Shown: positions 20,560-30,810 of the stretch, one piece after another
How the letters are laid out: every line of letters starts with the position of its first letter
Position numbering within the stretch: the stretch's first letter is position 1
NCBI GenBank assembly: GCA_031427745.1
Contig: JANPNY010000721.1
Location: 618 to 64,617, forward strand
Length of the DNA stretch: 64,000 bases
Reading direction: 5' to 3'
Origin: Chitinophagaceae bacterium
Lineage (GTDB): Bacteria > Bacteroidota > Bacteroidia > Chitinophagales > Chitinophagaceae
Program-made: the position numbers and the translations under genes
Notes under the pieces: generated by a model
Databases searched by the model: none
What the model saw: the letters and a program-made list of their open reading frames with translations, nothing else
Told to the model about the DNA's origin: nothing

Positions 20560-20820
20560 GTGAAAAAACCAATTTTTAAGAAATTAATTATACTCTTATT
20601 ATTTTCGGTCAATGCCGACTCTCTCAGAGAAAAGCTTGGTGGATGCACTTTACCTCTTCAGGACTTGAATCCCCGGGCTTTTGAAAACAACCTTATCACC
20701 ATTAAAAGTCAGTTAATAAATATTGACCATTTTTATGAGGATGTAACATTTATAAACTCCATTAAAGGACAACCAATTTTAAAGTCGGTAAAGGAAACAG
20801 AAGCTATTCCTCTTACATAA
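20560..20820 (+). CDS. Possible small exported protein (86 aa)
   Basis: GTG start; basic-hydrophobic N-terminus MKKPIFKKLIILLLFSVNA resembles a signal peptide; 70 nt upstream of and co-oriented with the giant T9SS gene; no known motif. Confidence 0.3.
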   Translation: MKKPIFKKLIILLLFSVNADSLREKLGGCTLPLQDLNPRAFENNLITIKSQLINIDHFYEDVTFINSIKGQPILKSVKETEAIPLT

Positions 20821-20890
20821 CAAATTTGACCAGTAATTATAAAGGCGATATTATAAAAAAGCCAACCAAGTTATTCCTAATCCCTATCCC

Positions 20891-23800
20891 ATGAAACGAC
20901 TATTATTTGTACTCTTTATATTCATTTGTAATACAATTCACGCAAAAAGCTATTATATTTCAGCGGCGGGAAGTGATGTAAATAGTGGTACTTCACCAGC
21001 TTCGCCCTGGCAAACAATATCCAAGGTAAACAGTTTCACGTTTGCTCCCAACGATAGTATTCTCTTTAAAAGAGGCAATATTTTTTATGGTAGTATTATT
21101 GTTAGCGGGGCCAACTTAAGTTTTGGTGCATACGGTATAGGCGCAAAACCAATCATTACCGGACTTTCAACCATTACAGGTTGGGTTAATTTAGGCGGCA
21201 ATATTTGGGAGGCACCCACTACAGGTGTAAAGGCTGCAAATAATCTTGTAATACGTGATGGCTCAATTATGCAGGTTGGCAGATACCCTAATCCTGATGC
21301 AACAGAGAAAGGCTATTTAATTTATACAGCCGCTACAACTACATCTATTGCCGGCCCGGCACTATCATCAGTTACCAACTGGACAGGTGCAGAGGTAGCA
21401 ATTAGAATGAACAGATGGTCAATCCTTAGAAAAAGAGTTACTTCTCATTCAGCAGGTACCGTTAACTTTTCAGCACATTCAGAAGCACCACGATTAAATT
21501 ACGGCTATTTCTTTCAAAGAGATAGCAGAACCCTCGACCAGGACGGTGAGTGGTGGCAAGATGGCACCAATAATAAACTTAGGATGTATTTTGGGAATAA
21601 TAATCCATCTGTATATACTGTACAGGCAAGCACAATAGACACTTTATTCGGAAGTTTATATCAAAACATTACTGTAAAAGATTTGTCATTTATAGGAGCA
21701 GGAAAAGTAGCTATATTTCAGCGTGGCGGTTCAAATCACACCATCAAGAATTGTGATGTAAATTATAGCGGTGAAGAAGCTATCAGTTTATTTTCAGGAA
21801 CTAATGACGTTATAGATAGCTGCACAACTAAGAATACTTTAGGCTCTGCAATACAAATCAGTAACAGCAGCAATAACACACTTGCATCTATTACAAATTG
21901 CATAGTTGATAGCACTGCATTAATTGCAGGTATGGAAATAAGTGCTGGAATTAACGGAAGCGCAGGAATACTAAACAGGTCGGGAACAAACATTTATGTT
22001 ACAAACAATACTGTTACAAATAGTGGTTACATAGGTGTTCAATGGTACGGTAACAACGCATATATCAAATATAATTTAGTAGATACTTACTGCAAGGTAA
22101 GAGATGACGGCGCTGGTATTTATACGGCTGAACGTAGAGACACATTGTTATATGCAAAAAGGTTTAACCGTAATGTAGTTGGCAATATTGTTGTCAACGG
22201 AATTGGGCAGGGCTTTGGCACCAGTGCAGAAGACAATGAAAGTGCTGTTAATGGAATTTATGTTGATGATGGTGCAGCAGATGTACTGATTGATTCAAAT
22301 ACGATTGCATATATCCCGGTTGCAGGTGTACACGGTAATAACAACAGGCGTATAACGATTACAAATAACACAACATTCAATACAGGTTTCGGTTTTTCTT
22401 TCCAGCGTTTCAACTTTGGGCAGACAATAACAGGCATGAGGGTTACAAAAAATATTTTTTACCCCTACCGTTTCCAATATCGAAACCTTGCAAGAGACAA
22501 GCCTAATATTACAACCTTACAGGATTTACAAACAGTGGGAATAGTTGATAGCAATTATTATTCCTTAAGAGCAGGAACAGATACCTCCCTTAAAACGGTT
22601 ACCACCCTTTACAATGGCACCGGGTACGTTGAGCAAAATTTACAATTTAGTTATCTGACAGGTACGGTTGGGTTCGAAAAAAAAGCCATCAATGTACCCA
22701 ATGGCGGCAGGTTAGAATACAATGCCAGCAATAGCCCTAAAGTAATTACCTTTTCTGGATTAAGTAAAAAAGATTTACTGGGGAATGTTTACGATAACGC
22801 TGTAACAATACCTGCCTGGAGTAGTAAAATATTAATTCCTAACGGATTAGTTGTTGTTCCAAATAAAGCACCCGTAGCCAGTGCGGGTACAGACATAGAA
22901 ATTACGCTGCCAACAAATATTGCTTCTTTAAATGGTAGCGGTACTGATACAGACGGTGTAATCACCAGCTACAAATGGGCAAAAATAGCTGGCCCTGTTT
23001 CAGGCACTATTGTCTCTTTAAATTCGGCAGTAACATCTTTTAGCAGCGTTATTGACGGCATATATCTGTTTGAGCTTACTGTTCAGGATGATAAAGGCGC
23101 CATTGATAAGGACACCGTAAAACTAATAGTTAATGTTGCGGCAAACCAGCCACCAGAAGCGGATGCCGGAGCAGACCAGGTTATTGATCTGCCGGTAAAT
23201 ACCACTACTTTAACCGGAACCGGAATCGATTTTGATGGAACAATCGCCAGTTATTCCTGGGTAAAAATAAGTGGCCCCAATGGCGGAGCGCTTCTCTCGC
23301 CTAATTCCTCCTCAACAGGAATAAGTAATTTAGAAGTAGGAGAATATTTATATAAGTTAAGTGTTACAGATAATAATGGAGCTACAAATGCAGATACCAT
23401 CTTAATAAGAGTAGATGCAACTATTAATAAGCCACCTACAGCCGATGCAGGATTAAACCAGGTAATAATTTTACCAACGAACAGTACCTTATTAGAAGGA
23501 ACAGGAACCGATGCTGACGGCTCGATTGCTAATTATAGCTGGGTAAAAATTTCTGGTCCTTCTCAGGGCTCAATTGTATCACCAGGTAATGACTCTACGA
23601 CCATCAATAACCTGGTGCAGGGAACTTATGTATTTGAATTAACGGTAATAGATAATCATGGAGCTATTTCATCTGATATTGTCCAGGTAACTGTAAATAC
23701 AGCTAGTATTCAGGCACCACCATTAGCCAATGCCGGAACTGATCAGGTAATAAATTTACCTATTGATAGTGCACTTTTAACCGGTGTAGGAACCGATGTA

Positions 23801-26800
23801 GATGGAACAGTCACCAGCTATAAGTGGGTGAAAATTTCCGGACCTACCTTGGGTAGTATTACCTCCCCAAATACTGCTGCCACAACTATTGTTGGCCTGG
23901 TACAAGGTGTTTATCAATATCGGTTAACGGTAACAGATAATGCCGGGGCTAGCGCAAAAGATACTGTAACAATTACTGTAGTAGCAGCACCAAACCAGCC
24001 TCCGGTAGCAACCGCAGGTGCAGATATTTCTATAACCTTGCCAACAAACAGCACATCAATAACAGGTGCAGGTTTAGATGTTGATGGCACCATTTCCAGC
24101 TATGATTGGATTAAAATAGCCGGACCCGCTGAAGGCATAATTTCCTCGCCAAACTCAGGTTATACCTCTGTTTATAACCTGGTGCAGGGAGTATATAAAT
24201 TTGAACTAACTGTTAAGGATGACAAAGGCTCGTATTCCAGAGATACAGTTGAGATAACAGTAAATGCAGGAGTAAACCAGGTGCCGGAGGCAGATGCAGG
24301 AACAGACCAAATTATTGAACTGCCCATCAACACAATCACATTAACAGGCAGCGGAACTGATTTTGACGGTACAATAGCGAGCCTTTCCTGGACTAAAATA
24401 TCAGGGCCTGAAGGTGTAACTCTTTTATCGCCTGATTCAGCTTCTACTGTAATAAATAATTTGGTAGCTGGGATTTTTCAATTTCAATTAACTGTGACCG
24501 ATAATAATGGCGCAATTACAAACGATACTATTCAGGTAACAGTTAACGAGGCAGCTAAAAAAGCACCGGTAGCCGATGCCGGGACAAATCAGTTAATTAC
24601 CTTACCTGTTAACAATGTTACCTTAACTGGCAGTGGCACAGATGTAGATGGCACTGTTATAAGTTATAGCTGGGCAAAGATATCGGGGCCTGCTGCAGCA
24701 ATTTTAGTATCCCCAAATTCCTCTTCTACACTCGTAAACAATCTGCCACAAGGATTTTATGAATTTGAACTGACGGTAACTGATAATGACGGTTTAGCCT
24801 CAACTGATACCATAAGAGTAACAGTAAATGATATGCTAAACAAAGCTCCTGTAGCCAATGCAGGAATCAAAATAGTGATTTCGTTGCCAGCCAACAGTAC
24901 CACGTTAACGGGCAGTGGTGCAGATGCTGATGGCTTTATTACCAGTTATAAATGGTTGAAAATATCAGGCCCTGCGCAGGTAGTAATCGAGAGTCCAGAT
25001 AGTGCTATTACGGTTATCAATAATTTGGTGCAGGGAACTTATAAGTTTGAATTAACGGTAACAGATAATAATGGAGCAATTTCAAAAGATGTTGTTCAGG
25101 TAACCGTAAATGCAGGCCAAAATCAATCACCGACTGCAAATGCAGGATTAGATAAAATTATTGTATTACCAACAAACACTACCACCTTAACAGGCATTGG
25201 AACCGATACGGACGGCACAATTACCAGTTATAAATGGGTTAAATTATCTGGTAATGCTGTGGGTGTAATTGGATCATCAAACTCTGCTATTACTACTATA
25301 AGTAATTTGGTACAGGGTGCAAATCAATACCAGTTATCTGTAACTGATAATAAAGGAGCTGTAACTAAAGACACCGTAAAAATAACGGTAAATCCTGCGC
25401 CTAACAAGGTGCCGGTAGCCAATGCGGGGGCAGATAAAACAATTACATTACCCACTAGCAGCATCACGCTAAACGGAGCCGGAACAGATCTAGATGGAAC
25501 AATTGCCGTCTTTGCCTGGGAGAAAATTATAGGGCCGGGTTCAGCAACTATTGCCTCACCAAATTCGCCCACCACTTCCATCTTAAACCTTCAGCAAGGA
25601 GTTTATCAATTTGTACTAACCGTTACGGACAACAACGGCGCATTTGATAAAGACACGGTTAAAGTCACCGTAAATCCGGCACCCAACCAGGCTCCAATAG
25701 CAGATGCAGGATTGAACCAAATAATTACACTGCCATTGAATAATGTAAATTTATCTGGTAGTGGTACAGATGCAGATGGCACCATTACAAGTTATGCCTG
25801 GGTTAAAATTACCGACCCTGCTGCTGGAAATATCATATCGCAAAATTCAGCAGCCACCCTGGTAAATGGCCTCGTAGAGGGTTTATATGAATTTGAATTG
25901 ACTGTAAAAGATAATCTTAATGCTATTTCAAAAGATACTATTAAGGTTACTGTTAACCCTGCACCTAATAAAGCACCGGTCGCCGAAGCCGGTTTAAACA
26001 AAGTAATAACATTACCCGTAAATAATTTAACCCTATCGGGTACAGGAACGGATGCAGATGGCTCAATTGTTTCTTATTTGTGGAAACAAATTGCGGGGCC
26101 AGTATCCGGAATTATTGTTTCTCCAACGAATGCCAATACAATCATTAACAATTTAATTCAGGGCATTTACCGGTATCAATTAACAGTGACCGATAACAAA
26201 GGCGCTACGTCCACAGATATTGTACAGGTAACAGTAAATGCATCTATCAATATTATACCTATTGCAATTGCCGGAGCAGATAAAACAATAACACTTCCTA
26301 CCAACACGATTAGCTTGACCGGAAGTGGAACTGATGCAGACGGAACAATTACCGGGTATAAATGGTTGAAGATATCAGGAGCTGCGTCAGGCACCATTAC
26401 TTCACCCAATGCTAACAATACCAACATCACAAATCTGGTACAAGGTGTTTATCTGTTTCAATTAACTGTAACTGATAATAGTGGAGCTTCTGCAAAAGAT
26501 ACCATAAAAGTTACCGTGAACCCTGCACCCAATCAGCCACCATTATTAAATGCAGGTTTAGATAAAATAATTACTTTGCCAACAAACTTTCTTACGTTAA
26601 CAGGATCGGGAACAGATGTGGATGGTACCATTGCCAGTTATGCCTGGGCTATAGTTTCAGGGCCTGCAACCGGATCAATTATTTCACCCAATTCAAGCAA
26701 TACAGCAGTAACCAATTTGGTGGAAGCTGTATATCAATTTCAATTAACTGTAACTGATAATAACGGTGCTACTTCGAAAGATACGGTGAAAGTAACTGTT

Positions 26801-27670
26801 AATAAAGCACCTAATAAATTACCGGTATCGGATGCTGATACTGATAAAATAATTACTTTACCTGTTAACTACATTACTTTAACAGGTACAGGTACTGATG
26901 CTGATGGTACAATTTCGAGCTATACGTGGACAAAGGTTTCCGGTCCTGCCGCAGGCACAATCGTATCCCAAAATTCGGGCACCACGGAAATTAATAATTT
27001 AATGGTGGGTGTTTATCAATATGAATTAACAGTAAAAGATAATGAAGGAGCTGTTGGAAAAGATACTGTACAGGTAACTGTAAACGATGCAATAGCACCG
27101 AACAAACTGCCCGTTGCCGATGCTGGTGCTGACATAAATGTTGTGTTGCCAACCACCGACGCTATATTAAAAGGTAGAGGCACAGATACAGATGGCACGA
27201 TTGTGGCCTATAATTGGAGAGTAATAGATGGGGCCTTAAATTATGTTCTGTCAAGCCCAGACGAAGCGGAAACCAAAATCGAAAATCTTCTTCCGGGGAT
27301 TTATGAAATAGAATTTGCTGTTTCTGATAATGACGGTGATGTAGTAAAAGATACAATGCAATTAACTGTATCAAGCCCAAGATTGTCTGATACTACATAT
27401 ACCGCTAATGAATTTAAAGTATATCCTAACCCGGTATTTGATATAGCAAATATTAGTGTTACTACAATTAATGCAAATACAAAAGTCTATCTATCATTAC
27501 TTGATGCTAGCGGAAAATTGGTTACAAACAAAGAGTTTGTTACCGCACAAAGAGAAACATATTTTAAGGTGGATATGTCGAATCTAAGCAATGGATATTA
27601 TATCCTTGTATTAAAATTTGATGACGGACGTATTATTAGCAGAAAAGTGATGAAAAATGGCAGTAACTAA
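20891..27670 (+). CDS. T9SS-secreted protein: right-handed parallel beta-helix head + 16 PKD/Ig-like repeats + type A CTD (2259 aa)
   Basis: YYISAAGSDVNSGTSPASPWQTISKVN beta-helix start, DDGAGIYT, GIYVDDG; 16 approx. 94-aa N-x-x-P-x-A-x-A-G...LTVTDNxG...DTVxVTV repeats; KVYPNP...LSNGYYIL...RKVMK CTD. Confidence 0.92.
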   Translation: MKRLLFVLFIFICNTIHAKSYYISAAGSDVNSGTSPASPWQTISKVNSFTFAPNDSILFKRGNIFYGSIIVSGANLSFGAYGIGAKPIITGLSTITGWVNLGGNIWEAPTTGVKAANNLVIRDGSIMQVGRYPNPDATEKGYLIYTAATTTSIAGPALSSVTNWTGAEVAIRMNRWSILRKRVTSHSAGTVNFSAHSEAPRLNYGYFFQRDSRTLDQDGEWWQDGTNNKLRMYFGNNNPSVYTVQASTIDTLFGSLYQNITVKDLSFIGAGKVAIFQRGGSNHTIKNCDVNYSGEEAISLFSGTNDVIDSCTTKNTLGSAIQISNSSNNTLASITNCIVDSTALIAGMEISAGINGSAGILNRSGTNIYVTNNTVTNSGYIGVQWYGNNAYIKYNLVDTYCKVRDDGAGIYTAERRDTLLYAKRFNRNVVGNIVVNGIGQGFGTSAEDNESAVNGIYVDDGAADVLIDSNTIAYIPVAGVHGNNNRRITITNNTTFNTGFGFSFQRFNFGQTITGMRVTKNIFYPYRFQYRNLARDKPNITTLQDLQTVGIVDSNYYSLRAGTDTSLKTVTTLYNGTGYVEQNLQFSYLTGTVGFEKKAINVPNGGRLEYNASNSPKVITFSGLSKKDLLGNVYDNAVTIPAWSSKILIPNGLVVVPNKAPVASAGTDIEITLPTNIASLNGSGTDTDGVITSYKWAKIAGPVSGTIVSLNSAVTSFSSVIDGIYLFELTVQDDKGAIDKDTVKLIVNVAANQPPEADAGADQVIDLPVNTTTLTGTGIDFDGTIASYSWVKISGPNGGALLSPNSSSTGISNLEVGEYLYKLSVTDNNGATNADTILIRVDATINKPPTADAGLNQVIILPTNSTLLEGTGTDADGSIANYSWVKISGPSQGSIVSPGNDSTTINNLVQGTYVFELTVIDNHGAISSDIVQVTVNTASIQAPPLANAGTDQVINLPIDSALLTGVGTDVDGTVTSYKWVKISGPTLGSITSPNTAATTIVGLVQGVYQYRLTVTDNAGASAKDTVTITVVAAPNQPPVATAGADISITLPTNSTSITGAGLDVDGTISSYDWIKIAGPAEGIISSPNSGYTSVYNLVQGVYKFELTVKDDKGSYSRDTVEITVNAGVNQVPEADAGTDQIIELPINTITLTGSGTDFDGTIASLSWTKISGPEGVTLLSPDSASTVINNLVAGIFQFQLTVTDNNGAITNDTIQVTVNEAAKKAPVADAGTNQLITLPVNNVTLTGSGTDVDGTVISYSWAKISGPAAAILVSPNSSSTLVNNLPQGFYEFELTVTDNDGLASTDTIRVTVNDMLNKAPVANAGIKIVISLPANSTTLTGSGADADGFITSYKWLKISGPAQVVIESPDSAITVINNLVQGTYKFELTVTDNNGAISKDVVQVTVNAGQNQSPTANAGLDKIIVLPTNTTTLTGIGTDTDGTITSYKWVKLSGNAVGVIGSSNSAITTISNLVQGANQYQLSVTDNKGAVTKDTVKITVNPAPNKVPVANAGADKTITLPTSSITLNGAGTDLDGTIAVFAWEKIIGPGSATIASPNSPTTSILNLQQGVYQFVLTVTDNNGAFDKDTVKVTVNPAPNQAPIADAGLNQIITLPLNNVNLSGSGTDADGTITSYAWVKITDPAAGNIISQNSAATLVNGLVEGLYEFELTVKDNLNAISKDTIKVTVNPAPNKAPVAEAGLNKVITLPVNNLTLSGTGTDADGSIVSYLWKQIAGPVSGIIVSPTNANTIINNLIQGIYRYQLTVTDNKGATSTDIVQVTVNASINIIPIAIAGADKTITLPTNTISLTGSGTDADGTITGYKWLKISGAASGTITSPNANNTNITNLVQGVYLFQLTVTDNSGASAKDTIKVTVNPAPNQPPLLNAGLDKIITLPTNFLTLTGSGTDVDGTIASYAWAIVSGPATGSIISPNSSNTAVTNLVEAVYQFQLTVTDNNGATSKDTVKVTVNKAPNKLPVSDADTDKIITLPVNYITLTGTGTDADGTISSYTWTKVSGPAAGTIVSQNSGTTEINNLMVGVYQYELTVKDNEGAVGKDTVQVTVNDAIAPNKLPVADAGADINVVLPTTDAILKGRGTDTDGTIVAYNWRVIDGALNYVLSSPDEAETKIENLLPGIYEIEFAVSDNDGDVVKDTMQLTVSSPRLSDTTYTANEFKVYPNPVFDIANISVTTINANTKVYLSLLDASGKLVTNKEFVTAQRETYFKVDMSNLSNGYYILVLKFDDGRIISRKVMKNGSN
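22862..27370 (+). repeat. 16 tandem approx. 282-bp PKD/Ig-like coding repeats
   Basis: Counted in the translation from PNKAPVASAG to DTMQLTV; diverged at DNA level; boundaries approximate. Confidence 0.9.
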
Positions 27671-27777
27671 AATGTGAAATATAGCCATACACTGTTTGTA
27701 ATTAGCCCGGCTTTTTAATAAGTTTACATAACGATTCTTGTAACCCATATTAGCCGGTTTTTCAAAACTCAATTTCA

Positions 27778-29505
27778 ATGGCCAAAGCAGTTTACTTATG
27801 TGTTCGAAATCATGACCATATATTGCAAATAAGAAAGAAAGTTGCAGTTGCAACAAAAATATTAGTACCAGATAATATACCGGATGCGTCTTGCAAAATA
27901 GAAGAAACCGGAAATATAATTTATGGCATTGCTAACTACTCGGATGTTATAGCCGAACATAATGGCAGTATTTGTATGGGAATAGCCTACCCTGAGCAAA
28001 AAAACTGGTGGACGCCATTGGGCGCCTACCCAGACGGTTCCTTTGCCATTTTTAGAAGCGATGACAATTTTGTTGAAGCTGTAACAGACACAACCGCATC
28101 CAGAACAATCTGGTATTATAAAGATGATACCATTTTTATTTGCAGTACCTCTCAAAGGGCTATTATTACAGTATTGGGTAAATTTGATTTTGACAAACGT
28201 GCAATACCCTGGATGCTTTCTTCGGGCTCACTGGGACCAACCTTATCGTGGTGTAAAAACCTGTCAAGACTGGAGCCGCAAGCCTCCCTTTTACTAAACA
28301 GAAAAAGTTGGCAGTTAACTAAAAACAATGAAGCTGTTATTTTTTCATCCGTTGATGCCGCCCCTGCAAAGCATTATAAAAATTTACAAGACTCTCTGGT
28401 TAATTCTTTTAAGGATTTCAAATTCGATACCTCAAAGTGGGTTTTACCTTTATCCGGGGGATACGATAGCAGGGCAATCGCTTGCTTATTAAAGGCATCC
28501 GGAAAACACCTGGCACAAATAGATTCAGTTACCTGGGGATTAAAAGAATCGCTTAATAATAAAAACAATGATGCTTATGTAGCTACTCTTGTTGCAAAAG
28601 AACTAGGTATGCCACATCAATATTTAGCTACTGATAAAAAAGAAGTAAATATAGAGACTGTTTTTAATCGGTTTGTTTTAAATAGCGAAGGCAGGGTTGA
28701 TCATATTGAAGGCTATACAGATGGCTTTAATTTATGGAAAATTTTATTTGATAATAAGAAATTGGGAATAATCCGTGGGGATGAAGGTTTTGGCTGGGGG
28801 AAAGTTACAGATGCTAAAAGAGTTAGATATATGTGTGGCCTTACTCTTTGTAAAGATTTTAGTAACCTGGAGAACTATGAATTTTTTGGATTTGAAAAAC
28901 AGGAATTGCCGGATAATCTTCAATTGCGAAAAGGCGAAACCCCACAAATGCTGATAGATCGTTACTATGTTTCGTTCAGAATTCCTACTATTATGGCCGC
29001 CCTAAACGATCTTAAACTATCTTATGTGGAAGTGGTAAACCCTTTGCTCTCCAGGCAAATATTGATGCAGATGCGAAGCATCCCAGACCCTTTACGTATT
29101 GATAGAAAAGCATTTATAGAAGCGATGAAAGAACTTGTGCCTGATATAAGATATGCAACAGAAGATGCAACCCATGTTAAAGGAAACGTATTTAAATCTC
29201 CCGAAGCCATTACATTAATGAAAGAAGAATTAAATGCTGGTTATATGAAATATCTTTTCCCCGAAGCATTTATTAAAAAGATATTAGACAAATTGCAGCA
29301 ACCGGAAGGAGTAAAAAAGGCTGGCGGGTTTAAAAATAAATTAAGGAGGATAATTAGACTATATTTTCCGTCTCGGTTAAAAGAATCATTGTATAACTTA
29401 ATGGGAAAGCCCGTTATAGATAACAGCACAGTTGCATTCAGAATTTATCTAACAGGTAAAATGTATAAACAACTGACCCAAGACGCTGCTATTTCTGTAG
29501 AATAA
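27778..29505 (+). CDS. Asparagine synthetase-related ATP-dependent amide ligase
   Basis: Degenerate Ntn-like N-terminal domain (DGSFAIF, DTTASRTIWY) without N-terminal Cys; PP-loop VLPLSGGYDSRAI; IIRGDEGFG; NPLLS. Confidence 0.75.
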   Translation: MAKAVYLCVRNHDHILQIRKKVAVATKILVPDNIPDASCKIEETGNIIYGIANYSDVIAEHNGSICMGIAYPEQKNWWTPLGAYPDGSFAIFRSDDNFVEAVTDTTASRTIWYYKDDTIFICSTSQRAIITVLGKFDFDKRAIPWMLSSGSLGPTLSWCKNLSRLEPQASLLLNRKSWQLTKNNEAVIFSSVDAAPAKHYKNLQDSLVNSFKDFKFDTSKWVLPLSGGYDSRAIACLLKASGKHLAQIDSVTWGLKESLNNKNNDAYVATLVAKELGMPHQYLATDKKEVNIETVFNRFVLNSEGRVDHIEGYTDGFNLWKILFDNKKLGIIRGDEGFGWGKVTDAKRVRYMCGLTLCKDFSNLENYEFFGFEKQELPDNLQLRKGETPQMLIDRYYVSFRIPTIMAALNDLKLSYVEVVNPLLSRQILMQMRSIPDPLRIDRKAFIEAMKELVPDIRYATEDATHVKGNVFKSPEAITLMKEELNAGYMKYLFPEAFIKKILDKLQQPEGVKKAGGFKNKLRRIIRLYFPSRLKESLYNLMGKPVIDNSTVAFRIYLTGKMYKQLTQDAAISVE

Positions 29506-29558
29506 ACCGCTGTTAGTAGCAACTGTAGGTTTGTGGAATTGATTGTCAAAAACAATCT

Positions 29559-30140
29559 TTAGCCTTCTATTAAATACCCAATTGGCTTAAACGAATAATT
29601 ATTAGACATTTCTGCAGAACAAGCCGTAAGCCCTACTATCAAATTCATTTTAGCTTCAATTACTACATAATCACCTGCTTTACTTTTGGGTGGCAGCACA
29701 TCAACTTTTCCTGATTCGCCATTTACAGTAACATGCATAAATATATTGAAGCTGATTGGGATGTCATCCTGCTCAATGCCAAATTCCTTTAAAGCGGCGC
29801 ACAGATTGCCAAAGCATCCCCGATGAGGTTCAGTATGGCCATAAATAATGCGGAATGTATCCGCACTGCAGGGGGTGAGTAAAAAATCATGCCTACCAAC
29901 CGTATCTTCTATAATTTCAAACATGATGTTGCTTCTGTTTGAATAAAAAGGATGACCCTTGGTAAGAAAGATAGTTTCAGCATAATCGATAGTTCTTCCG
30001 GAAGAAAGATACTCCCGTTTATCTTCAAGATTGAAACAAATAAAATCCGAAACCTGCTCGCCCTGAATATCTGTGACTGTAAGCCTTTGTCCCTTTTTTA
30101 AAATAAAAGATACGCCGCTACGTGGTGGAATGATTTTCAT
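29559..30140 (-). CDS. DUF1989 / urea carboxylase-associated (YcgI/CgdAB-like) protein
   Basis: GQRLTVTDIQGEQVSDF, DTVGRHDFLLTPC, HRGCFGNL, FNIFMHV, GLTACS. Confidence 0.9.
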   Translation of the reverse strand: MKIIPPRSGVSFILKKGQRLTVTDIQGEQVSDFICFNLEDKREYLSSGRTIDYAETIFLTKGHPFYSNRSNIMFEIIEDTVGRHDFLLTPCSADTFRIIYGHTEPHRGCFGNLCAALKEFGIEQDDIPISFNIFMHVTVNGESGKVDVLPPKSKAGDYVVIEAKMNLIVGLTACSAEMSNNYSFKPIGYLIEG

Positions 30141-30810
30141 TTGATAATTGGTGGTTATTGATTTTTAAAGGGCACTGCCAGGATTCATCATATTTTCTGC
30201 CGCTGTATTGAAAAACTTCTGAAGATTGTCCAAAATCCTGCAGCATTGGGTTAACCGATCCTGAATAAATAGTATCTCGTTGTCTAACGATTTTTTTCAT
30301 TTTATCGTATCGATTGGTGCTTCTTAAATCTACAAACTGCTGGTGTGGGTTAAATACCAATGCCGGATACTTAAAGCGACGTGCTCCCCTGTTACTTGCA
30401 GGGTGGAGGCCAATGATATAAAAAGCTTCTTCTTTAATACTAAAACTAAAATCCTTTGAGGTAGGGTCGCTACTCACTCTTTTATCATAGTTATACTGTT
30501 GGGAATCAATATTCGCAAATGATTGCAGCCGTTGCCACAATAATTGATCAAACATTTGCTCATCAAAAATATCAGGCCCCTTAAATATAACAACAGCGCT
30601 GTGAAATAAATTTGTTGAGTTTCTGAATTCATCTACAAACGAATACATGAAATCAATTATTGACCTGTCATCCTTTGGACAAGCCATATGGTCGGCAACA
30701 AAAACACGAATATGGTCTCTGCTTAGGGCAGCCCTTGCGGCTACACACGGAAATTCCATGTTGGCAAGAAATGTAAAATAGTCTTCTGCACAATCGTTAA
30801 CAGCAAACAT
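30118..30810 (-). CDS. YqcI/YcgG family heme-dependent N-hydroxylase-like protein (GntA/DcsA-like)
   Basis: FPCVAARAAL, LLWQRLQ, VSSDPTSKDFSFS, FYIIGLHPASNRGARRF, ALVFNPHQQF, VNPML; start set at ATG 30810; overlaps the DUF1989 gene by 23 nt. Confidence 0.85.
   Translation of the reverse strand: MFAVNDCAEDYFTFLANMEFPCVAARAALSRDHIRVFVADHMACPKDDRSIIDFMYSFVDEFRNSTNLFHSAVVIFKGPDIFDEQMFDQLLWQRLQSFANIDSQQYNYDKRVSSDPTSKDFSFSIKEEAFYIIGLHPASNRGARRFKYPALVFNPHQQFVDLRSTNRYDKMKKIVRQRDTIYSGSVNPMLQDFGQSSEVFQYSGRKYDESWQCPLKINNHQLSNENHSTT

Noticed and set aside
22862-27370. Periodic repeats as a CRISPR array or other non-coding repeat
   Set aside because: In-frame approx. 282-bp diverged protein-coding repeats; no repeat-spacer structure and no cas genes
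29559-30810. Guanitoxin or D-cycloserine biosynthetic cluster
   Set aside because: Only the N-hydroxylase-like gene is present; no other pathway genes nearby
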